Numbered from the stretch's first letter, positions 20,507-28,395 are shown. The stretch: DNA of 34,038 nt from an uncultured Lachnospiraceae bacterium (GCA_910589105.1 CAJUST010000011.1:64001-98038), one strand, 5' to 3'. The notes: generated by a model from the sequence alone, not told the origin. A program made the numbers and translations.

Positions 20507-20536
20507 TACAAAAGCGCTCCGCTGTTAAGCGGAGCG
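20507..20536 (-). terminator. Rho-independent terminator downstream of rpsI (minus strand)
   Basis: On the minus strand, cgctccgc-uuaaca-gcggagcg followed by CTTTTGT. A weaker hairpin with a T-run also overlaps the rpsI stop (20717-20756). Confidence 0.45.
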
Positions 20537-20748
20537 TAAATATTTGTATCCCAGCCATTTGTTAGTCGCTCGCTGGGTAGCGAAAAATATTTGTATCTGC
20601 GCCTTTTCTATAAATGCCGATATGCAGTTCCGGCAGAATAATAAGAGGTTCATCTGAACTTCTTATTTACATTATATTCATTTTCTAATAAATATCCACT
20701 GGGATTTTATATAAAAAGAGATAAAATCCGTACTCGATATTCCTTTTC

Positions 20749-21147
20749 CTATCTCTTTGAGAACTGCGGAGCGCGACGAGCCGCCTTGAGGCCGTATTTC
20801 TTACGCTCTTTCATTCTTGGATCTCTGGTAAGATATCCGTTCGATTTAAGAACTGGACGATAGTCTGAATCTGCCTGAAGCAGCGCTCTTGCAATGCCGT
20901 GGCGGATTGCTCCTGCCTGACCGGTATAGCCGCCGCCTTTTACGTTTACTAAAACGTCGAATTTATCAACAGTTTCTGTAGCCACTAATGGCTGGCGTAC
21001 AATCACTTTTAAGGTTTCCAATCCTAAATAATCATCAATGTCTCTTTTATTTATTGTAACTTTACCTGTTCCCGGAATTAAATATACTCTGGCAACAGAT
21101 GATTTTCTTCTTCCTGTTCCATAATATCTTGCATTAGACACTTTCAC
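20749..21147 (-). CDS. rpsI: 30S ribosomal protein S9
   Basis: [14 protein letters not shown]...[22 protein letters not shown] ggagg. The true start may be the second GTG (21141). Confidence 0.9.
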   Translation of the reverse strand: MKVSNARYYGTGRRKSSVARVYLIPGTGKVTINKRDIDDYLGLETLKVIVRQPLVATETVDKFDVLVNVKGGGYTGQAGAIRHGIARALLQADSDYRPVLKSNGYLTRDPRMKERKKYGLKAARRAPQFSKR

Positions 21148-21162
21148 TTACCTCCTTACCGG

Positions 21163-21591
21163 TTAAAATGTTAAAACTTCTGGTTTCTGAGCTGCCTGTT
21201 TGTGTTCCGGCCCAACGTATACAAATAATTTTTTGTACATCTGCCTTCCCAAAGGCCCTTTTGGAAGCATTCCTTTTACTGCGCGCTCCATAACCCGTTC
21301 CGGATGTTTTGCTAACATTTCTTTTAATGTAGTTTCTTTCATGCCGCCTACATAATCGGAGTGATGATAGTAAATCTTTTGATCTTTTTTCTTTCCGGTT
21401 ACTTTTACTTTTTCGGCATTAACTACGATTACATAATCGCCGGTATCGATATGCGGCGTAAAGATCGGTTTGTTTTTTCCTCTTAATATTTTAGCGACTT
21501 CAGATGCTAAACGTCCTAATGTCATTCCATCTGCATCCACGACATACCATTTTCGGTCAATGGTAGCAGGGCTGGCCATAAATGTGTTCAT
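21163..21591 (-). CDS. rplM: 50S ribosomal protein L13
   Basis: The track ORF is N-terminally over-extended. The ATG giving [20 protein letters not shown] sits 7 nt after GGAGG. L13-family sequence throughout. Confidence 0.9.
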   Translation of the reverse strand: MNTFMASPATIDRKWYVVDADGMTLGRLASEVAKILRGKNKPIFTPHIDTGDYVIVVNAEKVKVTGKKKDQKIYYHHSDYVGGMKETTLKEMLAKHPERVMERAVKGMLPKGPLGRQMYKKLFVYVGPEHKQAAQKPEVLTF

Positions 21592-21743
21592 TGGTTTACC
21601 TCCTAAAATGAAAACTGTTGCATTTTGTCGTCGGCAGGCGTAAATCCCGTATGTCCGGACGTGATTCTTTGCCGCCATTGTTTATAGTCAAAATGAATGC
21701 CGGGGCTTTGGCGTTCATTTCTATACTGTTTACAGACTTTACT
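21592..21743 (-). promoter_or_regulatory. Leader of about 150 nt upstream of rplM-rpsI with a stable stem-loop (plus coordinates 21691-21720); possible L13-type autoregulatory leader
   Basis: An imperfect 10-bp inverted repeat (aaatgaatgcc/ggcgttcattt) in the 5' UTR between the promoter and the rplM RBS. Confidence 0.3.
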
Positions 21744-21772
21744 AGTATATTACAGGTTTTTCCTAATGTCAA
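21744..21772 (-). promoter_or_regulatory. rplM-rpsI promoter (minus strand TTGACA-17-TATACT)
   Basis: The minus-strand TTGACA corresponds to plus 21767-21772 and TATACT to plus 21744-21749, with a 17-bp spacer. Confidence 0.55.
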
Positions 21773-21805
21773 GATTTTTCAAATGAAATCAGAATAATGA
21801 ACAGC

Positions 21806-21837
21806 AAAATAAAAAACGGCAGGGCATAACCCTGCCG
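21806..21837 (-). terminator. Strong rho-independent terminator closing the minus-strand gene array
   Basis: A perfect 8-bp G/C stem (cggcaggg / ccctgccg) with a 5-nt loop. On the minus strand it is followed by TTTTTTATTTT. It starts 10 nt after the stop at 21848. Confidence 0.65.
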
Positions 21838-21847
21838 CCGCTGCCGT

Positions 21848-22987
21848 TTAGGTTTCTGAGGGAGGATTGTTTTGATCCTCTTTTTTGAGTTCGATTCCTG
21901 AAATTAATTTGTTATAGTCTATTTTTTTCTGGCTGCATTGTCTGGAAATTTCATCTGCATGTTTTTGCGCTTCGACGGACTGGTTCTGCGCTTCTGCAAG
22001 CAGGCTGTAATAATTAGATTCTTCTTTGGCATAGGAATCTAAACTGCCTGTGTCGCTTACGCTTTTTAGCGTAAATAAGCAGGAAAGCTCTGCCGCATCG
22101 GCAGGTTCCGTTTGGGCAGGTTTTGAAGCGAGCGATTTTACAGCGTTTGGAATTTGGGTCTGGAAAGTGTTCCAGTATGTATTTAACTGGTCAAGGTTTG
22201 CCTGTAGTTGTTCCGCTTCTTCTGTTTCATTTTTGTTGATAAGTTCCTGAAGTTTTAACTGGTATTGGTTTTGCTGCTGGCTGCCAATCCGTTTAAACTG
22301 CTGTAATTGTTCATTTAATGCTTTTTCGGCGGCGGACTGTTGGGTTTCTAAAAGCAGGATTTCCTGATTCAACGATTTGATTCTTTCGCTTCTGTCTTTT
22401 CGTTCTTCCGGCAGTTCCTGTCCGTTTGCATCTTTTATTTTCGAATCAATAAGAGCTGGGGATACGGAAGCCGCCATCATATCAAGGACTCTGGCAAGGC
22501 CTTCCGGCGTCCCATGGTTGGTCGCCCGCACATCGACGTGGTATTTGGCGGAATTGTCCGTACTTCTAGTGTTGGAGCTATGGGAGCTGACGCTTCCGCT
22601 GATATTGACTTTTGCAATTCCAAGATTAATAGAGCCGGAAGCAGCCGCGCTTAAATCGGTTGCTTTTTCACTTTTTTCGCTTTCCTTGACTTCCATATCA
22701 AATAAGATATTCACTTCATCGACCTGAAGGTTTGGAATTGGGACAATTGCAAGCATTGGCACGTCGATTTTCATTTCGTCTTGATTTGTGGTGCCGTCTT
22801 CGTTATAAGATTTTTTCTCAAATTGGAACGAGGCTTTTCGTGTATTCCCTTTTTCGTCAAAGCCTACTTTATTGATAAATGACGCTGTGCTGTCTGCAAG
22901 CTGCATACTTGCATCTGCAGCCGCGCGTAAAGGCCCGCCGATAAGGTTTCCCATATCTAGGCCTGAAAACTGATCTCCGATCGCCAT
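21848..22987 (-). CDS. Hypothetical protein, module paralog 2: N-terminal alpha/beta domain (possibly DUF2589-like), Ser/Thr-rich linker and a long Q/E/K-rich coiled coil
   Basis: The ATG giving MAIGDQFSGLDMGN... sits 8 nt after AAGGAGG (the track start is 21 nt further upstream). KIDVPMLAIVPIPNLQVDEVNILFDMEV is shared with the paralog at 25083-25943. Confidence 0.6.
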   Translation of the reverse strand: MAIGDQFSGLDMGNLIGGPLRAAADASMQLADSTASFINKVGFDEKGNTRKASFQFEKKSYNEDGTTNQDEMKIDVPMLAIVPIPNLQVDEVNILFDMEVKESEKSEKATDLSAAASGSINLGIAKVNISGSVSSHSSNTRSTDNSAKYHVDVRATNHGTPEGLARVLDMMAASVSPALIDSKIKDANGQELPEERKDRSERIKSLNQEILLLETQQSAAEKALNEQLQQFKRIGSQQQNQYQLKLQELINKNETEEAEQLQANLDQLNTYWNTFQTQIPNAVKSLASKPAQTEPADAAELSCLFTLKSVSDTGSLDSYAKEESNYYSLLAEAQNQSVEAQKHADEISRQCSQKKIDYNKLISGIELKKEDQNNPPSET

Positions 22988-23000
22988 AAGCGTTACCTCC

Positions 23001-24716
23001 TTATTCATTTACTGGTAAAAATGTTTCGATTAGTTCATCTGCTGAAAATTCTGCTAAATAATGAATGGTATTTTTGAAAATTTCACATATCGCGCCAGTT
23101 TCCTGATACAGATCTGTTTGGGCAAAAGCCATTCCGTTTATCAGTACATTCGAGAGATTTCCTGTAGAAAGGTCTAGTTGGATTAGAGGAATATCTCCTT
23201 GCTGGAAACTGTGATGAAGGGCTTCTTTTAACACATTTTCCTGTATATTTTGTATAAAGAACGTTGTTTTTAGATTTTCCTGAATGAGATTGCAGTAGTC
23301 ATCAGCAATCCTATCTTTATCTTCGTAATCCACATAAATTGAAAGCGCCCGCGCAAGTTCTGAAGTCCGGACAGGAACTAGACGCAGGAGAGGATTTTGC
23401 CGGATTAAAGAAGTCAAAAAATCAGAGAGTTCTTCAATGTGTTCCATACAATACTGGCTTGCAGTGAAAAAACCATTTGTAAAATCTGGATAAAAAAATT
23501 GAACATTATCATAACAAGTTCCATCTTTGCCGTCAAATGTGAAATATGATACGGCGTCGTCCCCAAAAGCGTTCTGACGTGAACAAAGACTGTCCCGAAT
23601 CATTGTGGCATTTAGGCTGGCAGAAGTGATGACGTTTATCTGAAAGGCGCATTCGGCATCGAGGACGATGGGGCCGTTTTCTGTGGGCATGATATTGTCC
23701 TGATGAAGATCGGTTACGCCTGCAAGTTTTGCCGCATAGGCTAAGACCCCCATTTTTTTGTAGTAACTGTGTAATTCCGTTTCCGTAAAATCCGGCTTTT
23801 TCGTGACAAGTTCTTCCATTCCGTAGTTTGCATTGTCAAAAATAACCATACACGGCAGATGGCATTCATCGGGAAGCCGTTCGTTTAAATAGGTGATGAA
23901 GCTGTTTGGCCCTGTAAATAAATAATCCGCTTTCATATTCCGCGGCTTATATGCCCATTGGCTGGAATTTCGTTCCGCAAACAGTACCTGTCTGCCAAGC
24001 ATATGTGGGTCAGATCCGGAAACGCGGATATCATATCCTTCTAAATCAACGCTCACAGCGCCTAATAGGAAGTTTACGGTATTTTCAAAACGTGTATGTA
24101 CAAGCGCATAACGGGTTTCAGACGGTTCTTCCGCATATAGATTTATGCTGACGTCCATAATGGCGGAGGCATATAAATCAGAGAGCTTTTGCGGAGAGTT
24201 TAAAAGCGGCCGGATCATATGCGTTTGTCCGATGTACTTTTGGATAAGCGGAAGGGGATTTACTTCCATAATGTCCCAAAATGACAATTCGGCTTCCGCA
24301 AATGGAGCAATTCCCTCATTTATTCTAACGGGAACTGCCATTTGATTTAAAATAGGAAGCAGTTCCATAAACTGATGAAACAGTTCACCGGAATGTATGG
24401 CTTCCATACAGCAGATAACGCCGGAGCAGGACTGTGGTTCGGAAAGGGTGGATTCCCTTAGTTCTGCAAGTTCATCTGAAATGTCCATATTTAACCGTTC
24501 GGAAAGCGAAGCTGCCGCCTGATCAAACGAATCTTCTGTATTCTGAGAAGCTGTAATCATCGCATCTCCTTTCTGGGTTTTGGCATTTTTCAGTTTCATT
24601 TTTTGGTCTGGCAAAAATACGCTGTATTGCGCTTCGTCTGCCAATATAGGGCGGTAGTCTGCCAGATAATAATAATATATGGGAAGCTTTTCTCCATTAT
24701 GTGTTTGTACCGTCAT
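23001..24716 (-). CDS. Stand-alone LanM-type dehydratase/kinase-fold protein (DUF4135-like); no LanC cyclase domain
   Basis: GVTDLHQDNIMPTENGPIVLDAECAF matches the DLHxEN...D catalytic-loop signature of class II lanthipeptide synthetase dehydratase domains. The start was reassigned to MTVQTHNGEKL..., 10 nt after GGAGG (the track start at 24836 has no RBS). Confidence 0.65.
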   Translation of the reverse strand: MTVQTHNGEKLPIYYYYLADYRPILADEAQYSVFLPDQKMKLKNAKTQKGDAMITASQNTEDSFDQAAASLSERLNMDISDELAELRESTLSEPQSCSGVICCMEAIHSGELFHQFMELLPILNQMAVPVRINEGIAPFAEAELSFWDIMEVNPLPLIQKYIGQTHMIRPLLNSPQKLSDLYASAIMDVSINLYAEEPSETRYALVHTRFENTVNFLLGAVSVDLEGYDIRVSGSDPHMLGRQVLFAERNSSQWAYKPRNMKADYLFTGPNSFITYLNERLPDECHLPCMVIFDNANYGMEELVTKKPDFTETELHSYYKKMGVLAYAAKLAGVTDLHQDNIMPTENGPIVLDAECAFQINVITSASLNATMIRDSLCSRQNAFGDDAVSYFTFDGKDGTCYDNVQFFYPDFTNGFFTASQYCMEHIEELSDFLTSLIRQNPLLRLVPVRTSELARALSIYVDYEDKDRIADDYCNLIQENLKTTFFIQNIQENVLKEALHHSFQQGDIPLIQLDLSTGNLSNVLINGMAFAQTDLYQETGAICEIFKNTIHYLAEFSADELIETFLPVNE

Positions 24717-24820
24717 TTTTTTTAAACCTCCGTTTGACATAAAATGTGTTTTTAATCCCATGAAATAGGAGTGCATAAGGTGTAAATTCAGCCATTTTTT
24801 CAAAGTATCCATTTTAAAGC

Positions 24821-25093
24821 CTACAATTCTAACCATATCGGTTTTCGGGGAAAGCCGATATGGTAGGTGGTCTGCTCCATTGTCAGTTCATGTTCCCCGA
24901 TGGCGTACCTGCCAATAGAAATATCCTTGCCGATAATGACCCCTTTTGGGCTTTCGTTTAGACATCGGTTTAACAAGGCCGCCTGCTGTTGTTTGGATTC
25001 CTCAGAAAGCGGGTGGTTCGGGTTTATGCTGCCAAGTGTAATTGTTTTAATAAACCTTATATCTTCATAATGTGTTTTGCAGTCAGGATTCAT
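24821..25093 (-). CDS. Small hypothetical protein (90 aa)
   Basis: The ATG sits 9 nt after GGAGG. Sequence MNPDCKTHYEDIRF...GVIIGKDISIGRYAIGEHELTMEQTTYHIGF. Its start overlaps the end of the upstream paralog by 11 nt. Confidence 0.5.
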   Translation of the reverse strand: MNPDCKTHYEDIRFIKTITLGSINPNHPLSEESKQQQAALLNRCLNESPKGVIIGKDISIGRYAIGEHELTMEQTTYHIGFPRKPIWLEL

Positions 25094-25943
25094 TTGGGGC
25101 GCCTCCTTTTTTGAAGGATTCCACTTTATTTTCTAGCATCGCTTCTTTCACGCTTATGAGTTCTGTTAAGATTGTTTGTCTTAATTCTTCATATTCCTTT
25201 GGGTCATATGGAGCGTTAGAGAACTCTTTAGACAGGCATTCCGGCTCTAGTTCTTCTTGTAAAGATTCTCTTGTTTCCATATATTCTGTGATTTCCTGAT
25301 GCAGTTTATGTAACGCCGCTTCTTGCTGTCTGAGGGAACGTTGGAGTAAAAAATCATCTTTTTCAGAATTTTGCACAATTCCGTCACTTGAAATGGGTGA
25401 AGCATCGATTTGCTTTGCGACAGGATTTGCGTTTAGAATGTCTAAAATCCGCATATAGCCTTCCGTTTCGTCTACTGCTTTTAAATCGATTTTATAGTTG
25501 ACAACGGGCTGTGCGGCGGATTTTTCCCGCTTCAGGGAACTAATTTTTCCGACAGTGAGCGGGGCGTTTTGCTCGTTTTCGGAAATGTGGACTTCCGTTG
25601 AAAATTCTAGCGTGGCATTTTTTATTTTTAAGTTTGGGATTTTTATAATTGATAACAGAGGCACTTCGATTTGGACGCTTTCCATATAGGGTTCATTGTG
25701 TTCTGCCGGGTGTAAGCGTTCATATGCCAGATTTAATTTTTTCAGGTACAGTGTTTCTTCGCCGTTTCTAAGTTTCACTGTGCCCATGCTTTTGATTTCG
25801 TCAAGGATTGCCAGTGAAAGCCTTGCATTTGAGGAGGCAATGGCGTCAATGGGCGCGTAGACTAGGTCATTAAGCGGAAGAAATTGCTTTCCGCTTGTTA
25901 TTTTATCTTGATTGGACTGTTCCTTTTGTTCTGTTTCCTTCAT
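25083..25943 (-). CDS. Hypothetical protein, module paralog 1: same N-terminal domain as 21848-22987, then a shorter coiled coil
   Basis: The ATG giving MKETEQKEQ... sits 7 nt after GGAGG. VQIEVPLLSIIKIPNLKIKNATLEFSTEV and LVYAPIDAIASSNARLSLAILDEI align with the paralog. Confidence 0.6.
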   Translation of the reverse strand: MKETEQKEQSNQDKITSGKQFLPLNDLVYAPIDAIASSNARLSLAILDEIKSMGTVKLRNGEETLYLKKLNLAYERLHPAEHNEPYMESVQIEVPLLSIIKIPNLKIKNATLEFSTEVHISENEQNAPLTVGKISSLKREKSAAQPVVNYKIDLKAVDETEGYMRILDILNANPVAKQIDASPISSDGIVQNSEKDDFLLQRSLRQQEAALHKLHQEITEYMETRESLQEELEPECLSKEFSNAPYDPKEYEELRQTILTELISVKEAMLENKVESFKKGGAPNES

Positions 25944-26052
25944 GGCTTCCCCTCCATATCCATGCTTGTCCATGGTTATTCTTACTTTTAGTATATGCAA
26001 GAGATTTTGGAAATAGAACCAGATTTTAGAAATAATGGTAAAATTTTTATTT

Positions 26053-26841
26053 CTAGTCTTTATTTTTCAGTTCGACTGTATCCGCCCAGAACCTTTTTGG
26101 GATATTTTGAATTTGGAGTTTTGGATTTTTCCGCGCTTCTATGGCAATCGTTTCAAAAAAAGCAAGCCAGAGATTTTTTAAGCGTGTCTCATCTGAGGAT
26201 AAATCCTCTGTAAGTTCCATCGGAAAAGATGCAGCGTCAGTGATGAAATAACCTTTGCCCGACGGGTGGGCGGCTGCAATCCGGCGCGTGGCATCGTAGA
26301 TGATAAAATTCTCTAATGGGAGACGGTCGGTAAAGTGCTCCGCCAAAATTGGCAGGACATAATTTTTGGCATGAATCTGTGAAAATAAAATTCCGGTTTT
26401 TAATTCTGCAAAACGAAGAAATTCTAACAGATGGTGGGCTTCATTCAGCGTCTGGCGGCGCAGTTCAAAGATGCAGGCGATACAGGGTTCGCCTAAATAG
26501 TCTAAGACTTTTGCGCCAGCCGGAAGCGTAAGCGCCATAACGACAGTCTGGTAAATGGCATTTGCTTTATCCATAGCCAATGCGCGGCAGTTTCCGTTTG
26601 CCATTGCGCTGCTGCAAATTGTTTCATAGAAGTGGGCGCCAAGACGTTCTGTCAGTGTACGCGCCACTTTCCGGCTTTTTTCAAAATCGGTTTTTACCGG
26701 AATATATTCTGAAAAAAGCGTAAGCGTTCCGCTTTGGTCGGAGGAAAGCTGTATATTTTTGTGCCCATAGCGGGACGCCCATGCATCATAGATGCCTGTT
26801 AAAATTCCGTCAATACTGTCTTCACATTGAAATACATACAT
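26053..26841 (-). CDS. TIGR03915-family putative DNA metabolism/repair protein (DUF4130-like), the partner of the radical SAM protein
   Basis: About 262 aa. The start MYVFQCEDSIDGILTGIYDAW sits 8 nt after GGAGG. Overlaps the upstream radical SAM gene. Confidence 0.6.
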   Translation of the reverse strand: MYVFQCEDSIDGILTGIYDAWASRYGHKNIQLSSDQSGTLTLFSEYIPVKTDFEKSRKVARTLTERLGAHFYETICSSAMANGNCRALAMDKANAIYQTVVMALTLPAGAKVLDYLGEPCIACIFELRRQTLNEAHHLLEFLRFAELKTGILFSQIHAKNYVLPILAEHFTDRLPLENFIIYDATRRIAAAHPSGKGYFITDAASFPMELTEDLSSDETRLKNLWLAFFETIAIEARKNPKLQIQNIPKRFWADTVELKNKD

Positions 26842-28201
26842 GTTTGCCGCCTCCAAATGAAACGTCGTCGAATAGGGAAAGCTGCCGGTAGCCTTCTTCC
26901 CGCAGTTCTTTTGGGATCTGCGTTTTGTCGGAGAGCAGGTTTCGGCAGATATAGTCCTCGTCCAGCTTGGTCGGATACATCATATGGCCGGAACAGGTGA
27001 TAAAATATAAGGCGCGCTTTAGGACGACGCCGATTTTTTTTAGGTCGCAAAAATCAAGCGTAGAGCCGCGGCGGGCAGCTACAATGCGTTTGGCGGATTT
27101 TGCGCCTATGCCCGGGACGCGGAGTAAGGTTCTATAGTCGGCAGTCTGGATTTCGATTGGAAAAATCTCTAAATGGCGAAGCGCCCAGTCACATTTCGGG
27201 TCCAGATAGACGTTGAAATTCGGGCGGTCTTCGGAGAGAAGCTCGTCTACGGTAAAATGGTAGTAACGTAAAAGCCAATCCGCCTGATAAAGCCTATGTT
27301 CCCGCAGGAGAGGAGGGCCGCCGGAAAGGACGGGAAGGTTTGGATTTTGGCTGACATTGACGAACGCGGAATAAAAGACGCGTTTTAAGTCAAAGTTTTG
27401 ATAAAGACCTTCTGCAACGCTCATAATTTGATAATCGTTTTCAGGCGTGGCTCCGATGATCATCTGTGTGCTTTGTCCGGCCGGCGTAAATCTGGGGGCG
27501 TTGCGGTACAGCATAAGTTCATTTTTGTTCTGGGCAATGCTGTTTTGGATTTGGCGCATGGGTCTTAGGATTGTGCGGCGGGATTTACAGGGCGCAAGCT
27601 CTTTTAAGGCTCTGTGGGTGGGCAATTCTAAATTCACGCTCATGCGGTCTGCAAGAAATCCCGCTTTTTCAATTAAGAGAGGGTCAGCGCCGGGGATTGC
27701 CTTCACATGGATATAGCCTTGAAAGCGGTAGAAGGAACGCAGGCGGCAGACAACTTGGTAGATGAGATCCATGGTGTAATTTGGGGACTTGATAATTCCG
27801 GAACTTAAAAATAACCCTTCAATGTAGTTGCGGCGGTAAAATTCTATAGTAAGCGCGCAGATTTCTTCCGGCGTAAAAGTGGCGCGGGGAATGTCGTTTT
27901 CGCAATTATTCTGGCAGTAGGAGCAGTTAAAAATACATTCATTGGTAAGTAGAATTTTCAGCAGTGAGACACAGCGGCCATCTGCGGAAAAGGAATGGCA
28001 GATCCCGCAGGATTTTGTATTGCCGATTCCCATGCCGTCGCCGCGTCTGTCAACGCCGCTGGAAGTGCATGCAACGTCATATTTTGCGGCGTCTGCCAGA
28101 ATGGTGAGTTTTTCCATAATCGTGGGGGACAGGTGTGTGGCAGGAGAGCTTTTTTGTAAAATGGGGTCTGGGATTAAGGTGATATTGGCAGAGTTCTTCA
28201 T
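26822..28201 (-). CDS. Putative DNA modification/repair radical SAM protein (TIGR03916-like) with a helix-hairpin-helix motif
   Basis: CIFNCSYC radical-SAM cysteine triad, the HhH motif LRVPGIGAKSAKRIV, and the N-terminus KLTILADAAKYDVAC. The start MKNSANITL sits 8 nt after AAGGAG. Confidence 0.75.
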   Translation of the reverse strand: MKNSANITLIPDPILQKSSPATHLSPTIMEKLTILADAAKYDVACTSSGVDRRGDGMGIGNTKSCGICHSFSADGRCVSLLKILLTNECIFNCSYCQNNCENDIPRATFTPEEICALTIEFYRRNYIEGLFLSSGIIKSPNYTMDLIYQVVCRLRSFYRFQGYIHVKAIPGADPLLIEKAGFLADRMSVNLELPTHRALKELAPCKSRRTILRPMRQIQNSIAQNKNELMLYRNAPRFTPAGQSTQMIIGATPENDYQIMSVAEGLYQNFDLKRVFYSAFVNVSQNPNLPVLSGGPPLLREHRLYQADWLLRYYHFTVDELLSEDRPNFNVYLDPKCDWALRHLEIFPIEIQTADYRTLLRVPGIGAKSAKRIVAARRGSTLDFCDLKKIGVVLKRALYFITCSGHMMYPTKLDEDYICRNLLSDKTQIPKELREEGYRQLSLFDDVSFGGGKHVCISM

Positions 28202-28242
28202 AGCAATGCTCCTTACTTGCAAACAAATGTTCTTGATAATGT

Positions 28243-28271
28243 ATTTTATCATGTCATTATTCAAATTGCAA
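28243..28271 (-). promoter_or_regulatory. Minus-strand promoter (TTGCAA-17-TAAAAT) for the radical SAM array
   Basis: TTGCAA corresponds to plus 28266-28271 and TAAAAT to plus 28243-28248, with a 17-bp spacer, about 45 nt upstream of the start. Confidence 0.5.
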
Positions 28272-28366
28272 GAGAAAATCGAATATTTGTTCTGAAAATT
28301 TTTGGAATAATGAAGTCTTTACATTCTCCTTAAAAGGGGAGATGAAATAGCAGGGAGGCGGATATG

Positions 28367-28395
28367 TTGACGCGGTCTTTTGCCTTTTGTATAAT
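28367..28395 (+). promoter_or_regulatory. Plus-strand promoter (TTGACG-17-TGTATAAT) for the response regulator/kinase operon, divergent from the feature above
   Basis: TTGACG at 28367-28372, TATAAT at 28390-28395, with TG immediately upstream. Confidence 0.55.

Noticed and set aside
24717-24836. N-terminal 40 codons of the 611-aa track ORF
   Set aside because: No ribosome-binding site at 24836. A consensus GGAGG lies 10 nt upstream of the internal ATG at 24716. The same logic was applied to 21848-23008 (start moved to 22987), 25083-26000 (25943), 26822-28264 (28201), 26053-26856 (26841), 28387 (28471), 30531 (30606), 21678 (21591) and 11432 (11489).
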